NCBI GenBank assembly: GCA_013239625.1
Contig: MU054220.1
Location: forward strand, 7,661,367 to 7,725,366
Reading direction: 5' to 3'
DNA: 64,000 nucleotides
Source of the DNA: Lama guanicoe
Taxonomy: Eukaryota
The notes beneath the pieces were generated by a model, which saw only the letters and a program-made list of their open reading frames with translations, was not told the origin of the DNA and searched no databases. How positions within the stretch are numbered: position 1 is the first letter of the stretch; the number at the start of each line of letters is the position of its first letter. A program made the position numbers and the translations under genes. Below are positions 9,987 to 24,200 of the stretch, piece by piece.

Positions 9987-12900
9987 ATTCAGGAAACACT
10001 GCATTATGATTTTAACTACAAATGATAAACAAAAACTGCCCAATAATTACACTATAAAAGACAAATGTTATTATCATTTAGAATTTCTATTTTACTCATA
10101 AAATTAGCTATTTCAGATACATATAAATACAGATTTATCACTCTTGGACATATAGAAAAAGGAAAAGGTAAGTGAAGTCAATAGGTTAATGCATTCTTAA
10201 ATCTCTTTACGCTGATACACTGGAGTTGCAGATACGTAAGAATATAAATAACGTGCCTCTTAGGTTTGAAGAAAAGTCTCCCTGAAAGTCCTAGTTGCCA
10301 GGCTGTCTCTTAGTGATAAGACGTGAGTTGTAAAAGTCCCCGGAAGAGATCCTGTTTTGCTTCAGTCAAACAGACTCATTCACGAGGACAGAGACTTGAG
10401 TCTGGGACAGGGAGTTCTTGCCGGAAAAATTCCTGATGGTGGGGCCCCCGCTCTCCAGTCCTTCACAGAAGAATTGACTCATTGAGCTCTTAGAAATGTG
10501 AGGCTTGTATGTCCCCTCGTGCTGCCCTTACTCTGTTAATTCCTGAGAGCTGGAAGAGGAGCATGTTGTACCCTAACCTCCTTTAATGGTCAGCGACTGA
10601 GAGAAGGTGGGAAAAAGGAATAATGAGTAAACGCGCTTGAATGATTTTTTTCCCATGTAAATCATTATCTTACAGCATGATAAGAAGCAGTTGGGCAGGA
10701 ATGTTCAGAGGCTAAAGGAAACTACCCTTGGCAGGCGCATTTAAAGACACGTGAATCACCAGGTGATGCTTCGTCTTTCTCTCTCACCTCCTTTCCATAA
10801 AAATACTCTAAAATAATATCTTATTTTCCTTTATTATCAGTAAGCACATCAAGAGCTTTGGGAGGTATAGTATCTCATTACTTGAATAAACTCCCAGTCT
10901 TAGGATTGTACTGGAGTCAGACTTACATAGTAAATAAAGACCTCCACTGAGAAATCAGTAACAGCCTATTCAGTACTTCTGACAGGTGTGCCCTGGGGAG
11001 ATCATCGCACTACAGATTGGAAATGATCATGAGTTATAAATACAAAAACGTAAGACTGTGGTTGCCTTTTGAAAAACCAACACGACCCGCAAATAGGCTA
11101 AATCTCTTTCTCACAACTGGGTATTTTTTGAACCATGTATTTAATGTTTTTTGAGCATTTTGTTTTACAGTAGTTGGGCTTTGACCTTTTGTTAGAACAG
11201 GTCTGAGTCCCTAGGCAGAGACTGAATGTGAAAGCTTAGCATTAAGCCTCTGTCCATCTGTAGTCACCATGACTCCTCGCACAGGAAGAATAAACTGAAA
11301 CACTGCAGAAGAGAGAGGAGATAAAAACCCGTTGCATATTCAGCAAAAAGATGATAAGCATCTTCTGACTGGGTCTTGAAAGCACACCAGGTTCCCTTTT
11401 TTATATACTGTTGCAACAGACCATATAAAAATGTGGAAAATTGGAAGCGCTATTGAAAGAACTTGTTTTCCTTCTGTAAGAGATTCCCTTAAAAGTGGGC
11501 ATATAGTTTTCCTTCCATTGAAGCCCTTTACCAGAAAAGTCAAGCTCTTCATATTGAAAACACATAATTTCTTTGCGAGCACAAACACAAAAATCTATCT
11601 TGTGTAAAGAGACATTTCTGCTGATCCAAAGAAATTATTGACCAGGAAACCACAGGAAATGATCAGGTACCTCTTCTTAGAAGTAAGTAATCTGCAGAAA
11701 ATACATGCTCCAAGAGAAAGTTAATAAATAGAAACTCATTGGGATGGAGCCAACAGAGGGTAATTACCGAGTGGAGAATGAAGCAGCAAACACATACTGA
11801 AACAAAAGGAAAGAGAATAATGAAGGAAAGAAAAAAACAATACCGTTTAAGAAAGACTTAAACAGAATTCAAATGCGTAATGATTTACAGTCAAGGGAGA
11901 AGAGCCCTAGGAATCTATAACTGCAGTGGAGTAAGTGCAGAGTACGGGAACATGGTCTCTAGTCACCGTTAAGAAAGGACAAAAAACGTCATACACCAAG
12001 TTAAAGACGACATGAGAGTACAACTTAGTTAATGAACTAATTGTTTATTGGATGGTTAGAATAGACACGTTTTCGTTCGTTTTGCTTTGTTTGATCTGCC
12101 AGTACCTCCTGGGAAGCCCCTCCTCTCCCTTCTGAAATAAAAGTTTTATCTTATTCTTTAGTCTAGGTTGACTCCACCTCTCTTAAATCCCCCAGATTGA
12201 TGGAGTCCTGGCCACCTGAAACCCTCTGCATCCCAGGCTGCATTCAAGGTCTGGTGCATGACTCAAGCCAGGGAAGTCAGAGGTCTCCAAAGGTCTTGAC
12301 TTGAACTATTCACAGAGACGACTATTTTTTCTCCAAGTTTCCTAAGGTAGGGGCATATTAGACTATTGGTCAGCATTGCATAGCTATTTGGAGAGTATAT
12401 GTATGAGCAATGGAAAAAGAAACAGGGATCTGGTGCCATTATTTGTGACATTTTAGTCATGCCTAAGCTAGTCCTACTCACAGAATTTAGTTATGTAAGC
12501 AGATCCATTGTTTCTCACTCAATTTGAGAAAAGATGGATTCAGTTCTTGTGTTTGCACTGGGAAGTGTCCTGACTTGATCAATGACGCTTTGATGATTAA
12601 TAATAAAATTTATTGATGAGAAAATTAGGTCTGCTTTGCCAAAGGTGATGATTTATAATGAGCATTTTGTTTTCTTCTTCAGGACTTTACACCAGTATTC
12701 ACATTTTGCTTTGATGTCTACCAACTAAAAAATTCTCCTTTAATCCCATCTCTAAACCCATTTCCAGCCACATCCTCCAGTAGTTTGTTTATACACGTAC
12801 CCACACACCTTCTCAACCAACTTGTCTACACATAGCTTCTTGAATTGATAACGTCTTAACCACCTTTTCATCCACTCCAATTTGACTTAATCCTTCCTAT

Positions 12901-13034
12901 TCCACTGAAATCCCCTCATTAATGCAATGAAGGCTATTATGTTGACAAACCAACATCAATTTAATAATCAGACCTTCCTCTCACTCAGCCTCTCAGGAAT
13001 AAGTAAAATAGTCTTTTATATTTGCTTGAGGAGC

Positions 13035-13270
13035 AAACTCTTACATTGAACTTCCTATGTACCAAACATGTTCTAAGAGCTTTAAATGTCCTAGTTAATT
13101 TAATACTCACAAAACACTCTGAGGCTGGTAAGATTATTATCACCTGTTGCAAAAGAAGAAATTGAGTATCACAAAGAGAGTAAGTAACTTTCCCATGACC
13201 TTCCATGTAGTTGGTAGAGATTGGATTCGAACCCAGGCACTTGGGTTGCAATCTGTCATTTTAATCCCTA
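13035..13270 (-). mobile_element. MIR SINE
   Basis: MIR core AAGAAATTGAG...AAGTAACTTTCCCATG...GGATTCGAACCCAGGCA. Confidence 0.85.
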
Positions 13271-13429
13271 CTTTCCTTTCACGTACCTTGTACTAACTTT
13301 CTAGATATGATGAGAAAACTAGATATACTTTTTTCCCCAGTTTCCAGCATGAACAAACAACTTTCCGATTTTTTTAAAAAAAATCAGATATACCTTCCCT
13401 ATTCTTTTTTTCTCCTCCCTTTTCGTGGT

Positions 13430-14510
13430 TGGTCTCTAAATTCTGGAATGCTCCAGAGTTCAATTTTAATCACTCTTCTCTATATAATCTCCTCAGTCAA
13501 TGTCATCCACTTGCATATTTAGAATACTAGCAATTTACTGCCAACTCCCAAATCTGTATCACCATACCTGAGGTCTCCCAGGGTGCCATAGGCATCTTCT
13601 CTTTGAAGTATAACATCATAAATATGATCTCTGTCTTCAAAGCCACAAACTCCCATTAAAATGAAATACATAAAATAAAGCATGTACCTTCCAAAGGTGT
13701 CTTCACCTTTGTAAATGGCACCATCAGCCACAGAGATCATTAAGTTAAAGAATTTGGAGTCATCTTTGGTTAGTTTTTCTCATCTTTCACAGGCCATCCA
13801 TTTATTCCTGATGGTTCTACTTCCAAAACAGATGGACCCCCTTTTCTTCTCTCTATCTCTAGTCCCACAACACGGCTGGGTAGTACCAGGCTCCCAACCA
13901 CTCTCCTTGCTTCTGTGCTTGTTTCTTGACAGTGCAATTCTCCTGATAGCAGCCATGATTTTAAAAAAGAAAATCAAATATGTCACTCACCACTGCTGGC
14001 ATAAAGCTCTTCAGCAGCTCCGCTTGAACTTAGATAAAACGCCAAGCTCGATACAAGGCTCATACACACTCTACCTTCTGCCCGTAGGTGAGACAGGGAT
14101 GTAGCCCCTGTCTTATTCCTTCTCTTATTCACCTCATTTCAGCCATATTTATTCCTTTGTTGATTTTCAATATGCCAAATGTGTTCCACATTCAGAGTCT
14201 TCCCACTCTCTATTTCCTCCCTGGATAACATTTACTTATTTCTTAAGTCCCAGCTCAAATGGCACCTTCTCAGAGATGCTTTCTGTGACAGTCTTCATCA
14301 GATAAACCTGTTAATTTTCTTCTCAGCATCACCATAGTTTGTAATCACATCGCTCACTTATTTATGCATTTTTTGTTTATTCTCAGTCTCTTAAACACAA
14401 GGATAAGTGCTCCATGACGGCAGACACCATCTATCTTTTTCATAATTTTATCTCCTGGACCCAGAATAATCCCTTCCCTAAAAGTAATTACTTTTTAATA
14501 AATAAATGGA
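13430..14510 (+). mobile_element. L2 LINE 3' portion (with an upstream piece ~12780-12980)
   Basis: ACTCCCAAATCTGTATC, AATGGCACCATC, CAGCTCAAATGGCACCTTCTCAGAGATGCTTTC and an L2-type tail ending AATAAATGGA. Confidence 0.75.
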
Positions 14511-17500
14511 TAAAATAATTTTATAAATGTAAACTACTTAACTTTCACAATAGGCCTATGAGACAGAAACCAAGGTTCTGAGAACTTATTATTTATTTAT
14601 GTATTTATTTCAACAAGGCACAGATCTTATGAGGGTTAAACCCATAATTACAACACTAACCGTGGTGATTTTTCTTAACTACTTTATAAATATTTTATTC
14701 CCAGTCAAGATACATATTTTCAATCTGGAGAATTTGGCGGCTTAGTAGGGAAAACTGTGATGTTGCATAGGATAGGTAACCTAAATGTTTTTAAGTTTTC
14801 CCATTTTCTGTGGCACCTTTTTCATAAATATCCAAAAACTATGACAAGCAAGCAAGCGAACAACTTCAAATCCAGCATTCTAGGTGAGTGCAGAAACAAA
14901 CCTAATGATAAGGGTACTAATAATATCAATAATGGCTATCACACACAACACATAGGTGTGGACTATGTAGCAAGCATTGTTCTAAGAACTGTGAGTGCTA
15001 AAATACTCATGCAACTTGAATTCAGTCCCTCTCAAATGTTTCAGATGAAAACATGACACATGACGCTTCGTGAAAAGTGTCGGTGGATTTTACCTACCCC
15101 TTACCTCCTTTTACTCTGAACAGCTGTTCTGTTTCACTCCCTCTCTCTTCCTTAACATCTTGCCACATATTCCTCCAGCAATTTCCTCCTGCTTTGTTCT
15201 AAAGCAGAGCTCTATCATCCATGCTCATTTCTCCAAAATATACAGTAAAAGGTTATGTGGATTTAACACATTTCACAGAGGATCTAGAATACTTGGAGGA
15301 CAACTAAGGAGAGAAGAGGAAAGAAAAGAAAGGAAAGGAAAAGAGAAGGGAAGGAAAGGACAGGAAAACTTAAACTGATCAGATATCACTGCTCCAAACT
15401 CCATTAGCTGAAATGCATAATTAAGAGTCTTTATTCGTTCTCTCTTTCGTCTGTGCCACAGAGCCCATCTGTATTCATTTCAACTCTAGGGGTTTAATTT
15501 GCAGGTGATACTTGCAACTGGAACTTAAGACAAGTGATTGTATACACATTATGACTGATTATTTGTTGACCTCTTGTCACCAGTTAATGGCAGGAGAATG
15601 GATGCAGGGTGTGGACCTTGCCTTGCCTGTTGAATTCAGTAAGAAATCCCAGACTTGTGGAGGAATGGGTGTTGCTTAGGAGTTAGAGGAAAATTCAGTT
15701 GCATGGATTGGGGTATCTTGTTGTGTGGTGTACAGCCCAACATGTAGTTACCCCAGAGATCTTAGGTCTTTGGAAGGAGACTGAGAAAAGTTTATACTTG
15801 TTAATACATCACGTATCATTCTGAGTTGTACTGAACTTAAGAAGGTTAGACATACAAGTACAGGTATGAGCAACTGAATCAATTGTTTTGATGAAAAATT
15901 TGAAAGATTTGTGTCCTCATGTTCCTTTATTGCTCATTCTAGAAAGTTTCATGATTCAATTTAAAAACTAGAGATTTTCGCTAGCTCAGTCCTCCAAAAG
16001 AAGCTGTCATCTTAATACATACGTACAGAGTCTCGAAAACTATTTTGCTTCACAGCTTACATGCCACACCACTTCTTGAACCTCTAAACAGCACCCTAGG
16101 AAAAGCAACACATTTTGGAGCAATGAATGGACATGGATAATTTGTATTGACATGGAAAACTTTGTGAATCTTATGGAGACCTGGTGTCTTATTCTGCAAT
16201 GACCTACTCAATACTGATCATGTGAGTTAGCTGTTAAGAAAAAAGAAAGGTGAGTCAGCTTTAGAGAAATTCAGGTGATTTAGGTAAATCTGATGAAACT
16301 TTAATACAAAGCATAAAACAAAGATTATTTATAATGTAACATAGACTAACAAATTATAATGTATTTTATAATCTTTAATTTGGGGTGAAAACAAACTGTT
16401 GACACATTAAAGAAATTCTGAGAAGATTCATAACTGTTTAGAATTCTTAAATTCTTCACAAAAAGAACCCCATTTAACTATTCTTGAACACAAGGGCAGA
16501 GTCTGGACTCATATATGATCCAAGTCATCCTCTGCACAGATAGATTCTAATAAATATTGTGGCTTTATGTTTGAGGAAAATATGTCATTTTTTATGGCAT
16601 TAAAACTTCAGATAAAGGTAGACTTCAGACATACAAATAAAGAAAATTTGAAGTAATTTTTTAGGAGATTAGGAATTAAAGAAATTTAGGAATTAAAATG
16701 TTTATGATAATAGCACTATATAAATAGTTCCTTAAAAATTAAACTGGTTACTGTATCAGTTGGAAAATATGTAATCTTTTTATGAAAATTTGATTTATTC
16801 ATTTGATTTATTATAGTCAATTATTTATAAACTTTGCTGTTAGAATTTTTTTCCCAATAATTTAACATTAACTAGACTTTGTCTCAATTTATAGGTTAAA
16901 TGTTCAAGTTAGGTTTAATTTGCTTCTAAATCTTCTATATTTAGTTTTCTTTATAACCATATAGCCCAGACTTCCAAAAGAAGTTGGACTCATGAATATT
17001 GTCATTTTAAAAGATTAATTTTGATTTATTCCCACAGATCTTTGAGGCACTGGTATACGCTTTTATATTCATTCATTTATTCATTCAAAAATCTTAGGAA
17101 GTGTGTACTAGATTAAGCCTCTGTGTATCTTTTTGTGAGAGATCAAAGACTTGGAAATCCGTACCTTAAAGGAATTTATTTAAATCAGGAAGTATGGTGT
17201 GGATGGAGCAATGTAGCTGAATATGAATGAGTTCAAAATTTTTTAATGAAATATAAGTTTGTGATATTGTCAAATTAATACATGCTGAAAGGAAATGGAA
17301 TACACTTAAGATGCTAAACTTTGTATATACCCAAAGCATTAGAACTATTGAAGGTTGCCAGTTGAATATTTCAAACTGAGTTGACCTCAGCTGAAAGAAA
17401 CATAAACCACTAAATAAAAGTTATTTTGCATCTAATGTTACATCATTAAAATTATATACTCTGTAAGTTTTTATATTTATCTATCTATTTAAACAACCAA

Positions 17501-20500
17501 CCAAACAAAAAAACCCCATCCTGTATTCATTACAGTAAAAGTGTTTTAAATCAAAAGTTTCCCTTCAGGAATTTAGATTTGTCTTCTAGAGATATAATCC
17601 AAATTCAAGGCCACAGAAAATGTGTCCAGATTTTCTTTGATCAGGTAATAAAAATAGCATTCTACCTTGTACATGCTAAATATACCAAATAAGAGAGAGC
17701 CGTGTACTTTAGTCTGCACGTTATCAAATTAGCTTGTCTGTCTCTACATTGTTAAAATTTACTTACTCATTACCAAATACTTACTTAATTTTGTGACAAG
17801 CCTTCTCTCAGAGTTATATGTATTAATGACCTCAAGATTATCAATTACAATTCTTGGCCTGATTAGAGAAAGTCAATAACCAATAAAACATATCATATGA
17901 ATTAATTCCACATGTTTTCTTTCTGAAAATCTCAGAATAAAGTGACATGGATTCAACATTCTTATAAGGGGATATATTTTTGGCTGTAAAGGACTTACTG
18001 AGTTAAAAGACTCTAATTGCCTCAGAAAAGAAACTTTGGTCTAGAGGAAAAGAGAACTAGCCTTGGTACTACAACAGATCTAACGACATAACTTCTTCAT
18101 TCTGCCGTTACCAGACGTGCGTGTCAGGAACAATGAAACCTCCCTTCGAACCTTGGGTTCATGTATGGTGCTTTGGTCGCAAGTTCAGAAGTTAATTCTC
18201 ATTTGTCTTTTTAGCAGTCAAGAGACCAAGTAGTTACAGGTCTAAATAGGACAAAGGCAGCAGGGAGATGGAAGACTTGCATAGCAAGAATCAGAACAAA
18301 GTCAGGGATAATCTAGTCTGCGCACTGGCACACCACACCAGTGATGTTATCAGTTCTCCCCATGTTCTTGCACAAGCTTTAGAGTTCCTAGAAACCCCAA
18401 ATGGTCTGCCCACCTACAGCACGAGAGTAAAGAATCTTTACTCTCCATCAAGATTACATAAAATCGGAGTTTCCCAAAAGGGAGATGAGAGAGCTCTGAG
18501 GAAGGATGCCGGTCGGGGGTTGCAGTTCATCAACTGTAAAATCAGGATTGTAATACTTAGTGAAGAGTGTTGCCAGTAATGGTGAAAGAAAACACACCTC
18601 GAGCAGAATATGACATGTAGTATGGTGGTTGTATCAGTTCAAGAACAATGGAGAGAATTTTAAATTTGATAGCAAATAGCCCCCTTATGCAAGGACCCTG
18701 GGGAAGGCAAAAGTTTTGATGAATAACCTGGGCTAGAGTTTGGTCTTCTCTCTGGTGTACAGGCTCTGCTTTAAATCAAAGAATAATGCAGATCCAGGGA
18801 GATTTGATTACTATGCTTGATTAGTATGCTAGATCTGAAGTTCTTGTGCCAAACTGTTTATTCATGAGGACTTTGTTCTTCCAAAGCTCCCTTCTTCAAA
18901 TGGAAAGGAAATGTCAGAAGCACATAGGTCGCCATTACAAAAAGAGATTCTACCGACATATACAAAGTCTTTTTGCTTGGCAATGGCAAAATATATACTC
19001 CTATGACAGAGAAAGGGAATCTGCTTGTTTGTCTCAAAGTTTATATTTATACGGTCACGGCTTGACTCTGAAGTCATTCCTTGAGCTCATATGGAATCTC
19101 AAGTAGGAATAAATGTCGCCCTGGGCTGATATATTGTAAAAGTAATTCAGTTCAGTGTTTGTTTACAAATAGGACAGACAGGAAACTTGCACGCCTTCTC
19201 TAAAGAGTTCTCTAAAGAAGTAGTCATAACAGATTAGCATTCATTTAAATTGCTCTAATGAGGGGGAAAGTAGTATATAGTAAGATGTTCAGAGAATTTT
19301 TTTTATAGATTATCTAATTGAAAGTCTTCCAGTTAAATTCTAAAAAGTGACTTGGAAATCCTTATTTTATTCTAATATGAAAGTGAGAAGTTAAAGAATA
19401 TGCTTTTTTAAAAGATTATTCTTTGATATTCTTATCTGGTCGTTCATTGTTTCTAGGTATCCCCAAATCTTTTATTAGTCATTTTCTAACTCATTGTCCA
19501 GTTTACGGCATAATAGAAGTCCACTGAAACCACTGAATACTGTCCTGATGTTAGGAAATGTAAGAGTCATTTGTATCGATGAGTGTGGAGCTAACATTTA
19601 GTTTAGAATTTTTGTTACTATTCCTTCTCTCTCTTGTGCTTTTGTTCCTGTAGCATCAACAGAGATAGAACCAAATGATAGTGATTTGGCACTGATGTAG
19701 AGGTTGTGCAGATATGAAGCTGGCAAATAATTTAACTGGGAATAAGTATCTAGGGGCACAATTTATCATGAAACATTCTTAATGAGTTAAATTTAAAAAG
19801 TAAATGCTTGGATGTGTTGAGGAAAAAAACAATAAAACTGAACAAAAACTTTAAGGTATGTCTTTTTGAATTGTATATAATTAGATATTTCTATGTTGAT
19901 AAGATTATGAAAAAGGTCAATCATGAAGCATCCATTGGATTGAATTTCTGAATTGCTCCAGGGCCACCCTTTGCTTTAAACCAATGGCAGCATGTGAGAA
20001 ATGCTGATACTGACTGATGTGGGTTCAAACAACGTATAAAATGTGCCTCTATCTGTAAACTGTAAGCTTATTCTCATAACCGCAAAAGGTGAGTAATCAA
20101 GGCACAATGAATCACCTGAAAACATGATTAGCTTTGTGGTTTGAGGTATAGAAGAAAAGTGGATTCTTGAAGCTTCTAATTGTTTTTTCAACTGGTGCAT
20201 TTAAGTTGGCATTTAGTATTTTGTATGACACAGAAGCTCACATCTTTCTGGATTCAAACTTAATTTTGACTTTTGGGTGGAGGAAAGAATAGGAAGAAAA
20301 ACTTGACTGTTTGAGGGGGAAGCTAACTGCCAGCTCTGATGAATATCCCTGGAAGACTATGTCTTCGGACTAATGAATCAGTCAATCAATATGTAATCCA
20401 TATGATCTAATTTGTGGTCAATATGAGTAGAAGAAACAATAAATACCTTTGTAAATAACACTTTTTTGCAGAACATACTTCTCTACACTTTCTTTCCTCT

Positions 20501-20764
20501 AAAACTCAGTTTGATTATATAGTCATATGTTCAGTTGATAATAGTTACATCTCTCAGATATATATTTGCAAGGTTAAATTAAAGAAGTTTTGCAGTTTAT
20601 GTGGCTTGTAAAAGAGCAAATACCGATTAAGTACTGCAGCAGGAGAGAACCAGAAAATAAACTGTATCCTAATTTCAAAACTATTACTTTTATAATCTTT
20701 TCTTCTTTGAAGAGTTGTACTCGGATCAGGAAACTGACAGAGGTGACATCTGAAGGAAAAATTT

Positions 20765-20850
20765 TCAGGAAGAGATAAATGGGAGTTTGAGATTTGCAGA
20801 TAATAACTACCGTATATAAAATAAACAATAAAAAAGTAAATAAAATAAAA
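20765..20850 (+). mobile_element. Very short LINE-1 3' UTR fragment followed by an A-rich tail
   Basis: GATAAATGGGAGTTTGAGATTTGCAGATAATAACTACCGTATATAAAA is homologous to ~62598-62645 of the large L1 in this window. Confidence 0.7.
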
Positions 20851-21014
20851 TTTAATTGTAGGCTCTAAAAGTTTTATTATTAATTACTTGTAATTATGGC
20901 ATAACCTACTAAGATAAAAGCAGTTAGTGAAATAGCTGCTGTTTTGTTAACTACTTATTCACACCTGTTGTAACCAGTATTTGGTACCAGTATTCTCTTT
21001 ATGCTTTGCAATGT

Positions 21015-21072
21015 ACATATTTATATTTTATATATTATATTTTATAAATATAATTTATATATTTATTTTAAA

Positions 21073-21104
<32 letters not shown>

Positions 21105-21105
21105 A
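21015..21105. repeat. AT-only low-complexity tract with (TA)n
   Basis: Seen directly. Confidence 0.9.
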
Positions 21106-22074
21106 TCTAGAAATAATTGAGGCATATTAAGAACCAGAAAGTCTAAAATTATGATATATTGTGTTTATTCTTTCTAGTTCATATTGATTTTAAATTATAT
21201 CAAGATAAATCAATTTAAGTCAATATTCTTAGCTCAGAGAAAAGTCAGTCTAATTAGATGATCAGTCTATCATTAAACAAATCATGCTTAGCATTTATTA
21301 AATACTGCATACACAGAAATGTGCATCTAATTAATTGCTATTCTATAGAACTGAATGAAATATTCTGTATTTTGAAGATAAAGCTACAGCAATGTAAAAT
21401 GAATTAAATAGTTCTGTTACTTGGAAAATAATTTATTTTGTAATTAAAATATAGTAATTTCAGGGTTACTATAGGCTTTATCAGAGAAATACACAAAAGT
21501 AAATTCTCAAATTTCTTCTTGGAGAAAAGGAAATGCAATTAATTACCTGAAATATTTCAAAGTCAAAGTACTAGACTCTTGAGAAGCTATTATCTTGATA
21601 GCATTTATGGGAAACACCCTGCACCTTCAATTTATTAAATTATCCAGGTAGAGTATGGAAGAATCTGAAGATTTGCTGAAATCCCTTCTTGGTTCAATAC
21701 ACATCTGTCAGTATGCTGGCACAGGAGAGACTTCTGACTTCAAATGTACCAAAACAAAAATGCACAGTTATAGTAAATAATCCTTCCCTGTTGAATAAGG
21801 CAGAGCAGTCAAGTGCATTGTCAGCGTGAGATGCATCAAACATGAGAAGGGACAAAATGGCAGGAAAGGAAAACAAACAGGCAGAAGACCATGAATCACG
21901 GTGATGACAGTTAAGTAGAGGCGAGTCTTCCCTAAGTGCTAAATAACAAGTTTCTCTGCTAAGACATCTTTTCAGACTGGTAGTTTATGTGCACCCAGAT
22001 TTCTAAAGAAACTGTAGTTGCAGGAGTTTCCCTTCCCATGCCTCTTTGGCTCCTTAGGCCAATTCTTATTAATA

Positions 22075-22310
22075 AGTAAATAACAGCCAGCATTTTGCCT
22101 ATGGTAAGCTAGTACTTCTGCGCATCGTTTAAATTCATACAAAGCACTGTGCTACACAGACCATTATTGTACTCATTTTATAGAGGAGAAAACTGAAACT
22201 TAGGCTTAGAAACTTGTCTGCCTTCCCCTAGCAGTTAGGTTGTGGAGATGGAAATTCAAACTCAGATACAAATAGCTTCAGGGCTTCCGCTCTAAAACAC
22301 CCTATTAAGC
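22075..22310 (-). mobile_element. MIR SINE
   Basis: CTCATTTTATAGAGGAGAAAACTGAAACTTAG core. Confidence 0.75.
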
Positions 22311-22867
22311 TTCCTTCTTTTACAAAGAAGTTCCTCTTGCCTCACATTTCCAGGTACAGCTCACCTCAGCCAGGAAAATGAAGAAGGCTCTTGATGGTAG
22401 AATGAGATTCACTCCTGATGAATCTTAATAGGGACAACTGCAAACACTTTGTGCACACTCTGTGAAAATTATACAAATTCAAAATCAGAAGCTCAAGGTT
22501 TGTACTTCCAGCACTTGCTAACAGTACTGCTTTGGGCAAATTTCTTGGTATTCTGAAGCCTCAATTTCAACATCTACAATATAAAAATACCTTTAAAGAT
22601 AGTATTCAAAAGTAGCATTAAATGAAATAGAATATAAAAGATCTTCATAAACCTATAAATTATTTGATATAAGCTATCAAGTAGAAGCTAGTATATGACT
22701 GTTTCCATCTCTCTGCTGTATATACAAGGTGAAAAGAGAAAGTGACTTGATAGTGTCTTAAAAGAAACAAAATAAGTTGTTTTGTTTCTGCTATGATTTC
22801 AGAAAAATTCTAAATAGCTTTTCATTTTTAAAAAAGGAAAAAAAAACAAAATGGGGTGGCCAGTTGG

Positions 22868-23300
22868 TGGTATGGTGACATGCAGGTTGGTAAGAGAATT
22901 TACCAGAGATAAAGTATGAGAATAGAAAAGGACTTTACTAGAATACGCCATCAGGGACACCAGTGGGCCACAAAGGCAAGAGATGCCAGTGTGAGCACCG
23001 AGGGCTGGTTACTGGGATCTTCTATAAGGTAGGGTCACAGGGTGCCTGATTGGCTTGTGCACAAGTCTCTGATTGGTTGCTGGTGAAGTAAGAGGTTTAG
23101 GGTCTGTGAAAGGCAGCGGAGTTCATGACTCTGATAAGGTGGGCTGAAACTAGCCAGCCTGAGCTATTGTGAGATTAGGCATTACCTAGGGCTATTTGCT
23201 CATGAGGCCAAACATATCCAGTAAAGAAGGTACTTTATCTGTTGAGGGATCACAGGCAGACATGTAAGAGCCCAGGGTCTTTGGACTTTGAAGGACATCA
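22868..23300 (-). mobile_element. ERV solo LTR, family not assigned
   Basis: TG...CA ends flanked by a perfect 5-bp TSD GTTGG (22863-22867, 23301-23305); on the minus strand two CCAATCAG boxes, a TATA-like CTTATAGAA and an AGTAAA polyA-like signal in LTR order. Confidence 0.8.
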
Positions 23301-23314
23301 GTTGGCCCAACAAT

Positions 23315-23377
23315 TAATATTTTATCTATCTTCCTTTCTGTCTGTTCAAATGTGTTGCACCCATTTTTATTGAGTTG

Positions 23378-23420
<43 letters not shown>

Positions 23421-24200
23421 TTTTACTGATTTGTAGATTTTATACATGCATACACAATGATTTCTAGGTACAAGGATCATTATTTTTTCTTTTTTTTTTG
23501 GATCATACATATGTAGTACAAATATGTCTCTATCTGCACTTGTCTTTTTAAATGTGTCTTTTGGTAAATGCTTAATGTTGTGGATTTGGTTAATTATTAT
23601 TTTTTTCTTTTATGACTTGTGCTTTTATATCCTAAGAAGATTTTGTTTATCTATAGGTCATAAAAATAGGTTTCTTCTAGAAGCTTTATAAATTTAACTT
23701 TCATCTTTAGTTCTTTGACTCATCTCATAGATTCTTGTTCATGTGCATAGTATGAGAAAGTGTTTATATTTCTCCAACGTTTTTCCGTACCCTGCACCTT
23801 TAAAAGACTAGTTTTTGCCTAGCAGAATCCCTCTGCCTAGGGCAGGCTCACTGCTCTGTTAACTTGTAGACTTAACAAAAGTGCTCCACATGCTCCACCC
23901 CACCCCCACCCCCACCCCCAGCCCTGGTGACAAATCTCTGTCCCCTCCCGGAAGGGATCATCATTGTTCTCTGTAATTTAGTTTCTTACACATCATTATG
24001 TTCAGAGCTCTCTGAAATCTTCAAAAATACATTTTATATATTTTTGTTAGTTGTTATAGTAAAATGAATATTTAAACATGCACCACAACATTTTTAAAAT
24101 GGGTTATTTTTAAGATTTTTCCCAATGTTTTAGATGGCTATCGCTAGGAGCTGGGTCAGAATGTCTGTTCCATTATATCACTGGGAACAGAAGGCCATCA
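23315..24200 (-). mobile_element. Old L1ME-type fragments with an internal (TA)n at ~23380-23411
   Basis: T-rich antisense L1 motifs such as TTTTTTCTTTTATGACTTGTGCTTTT and TTCTTCTAGAAGCTTTATA. Confidence 0.6.

Noticed and set aside
15520..15860. Possible ancient LTR-retroelement internal fragment
   Set aside because: Compositional impression only; no motif I could support.
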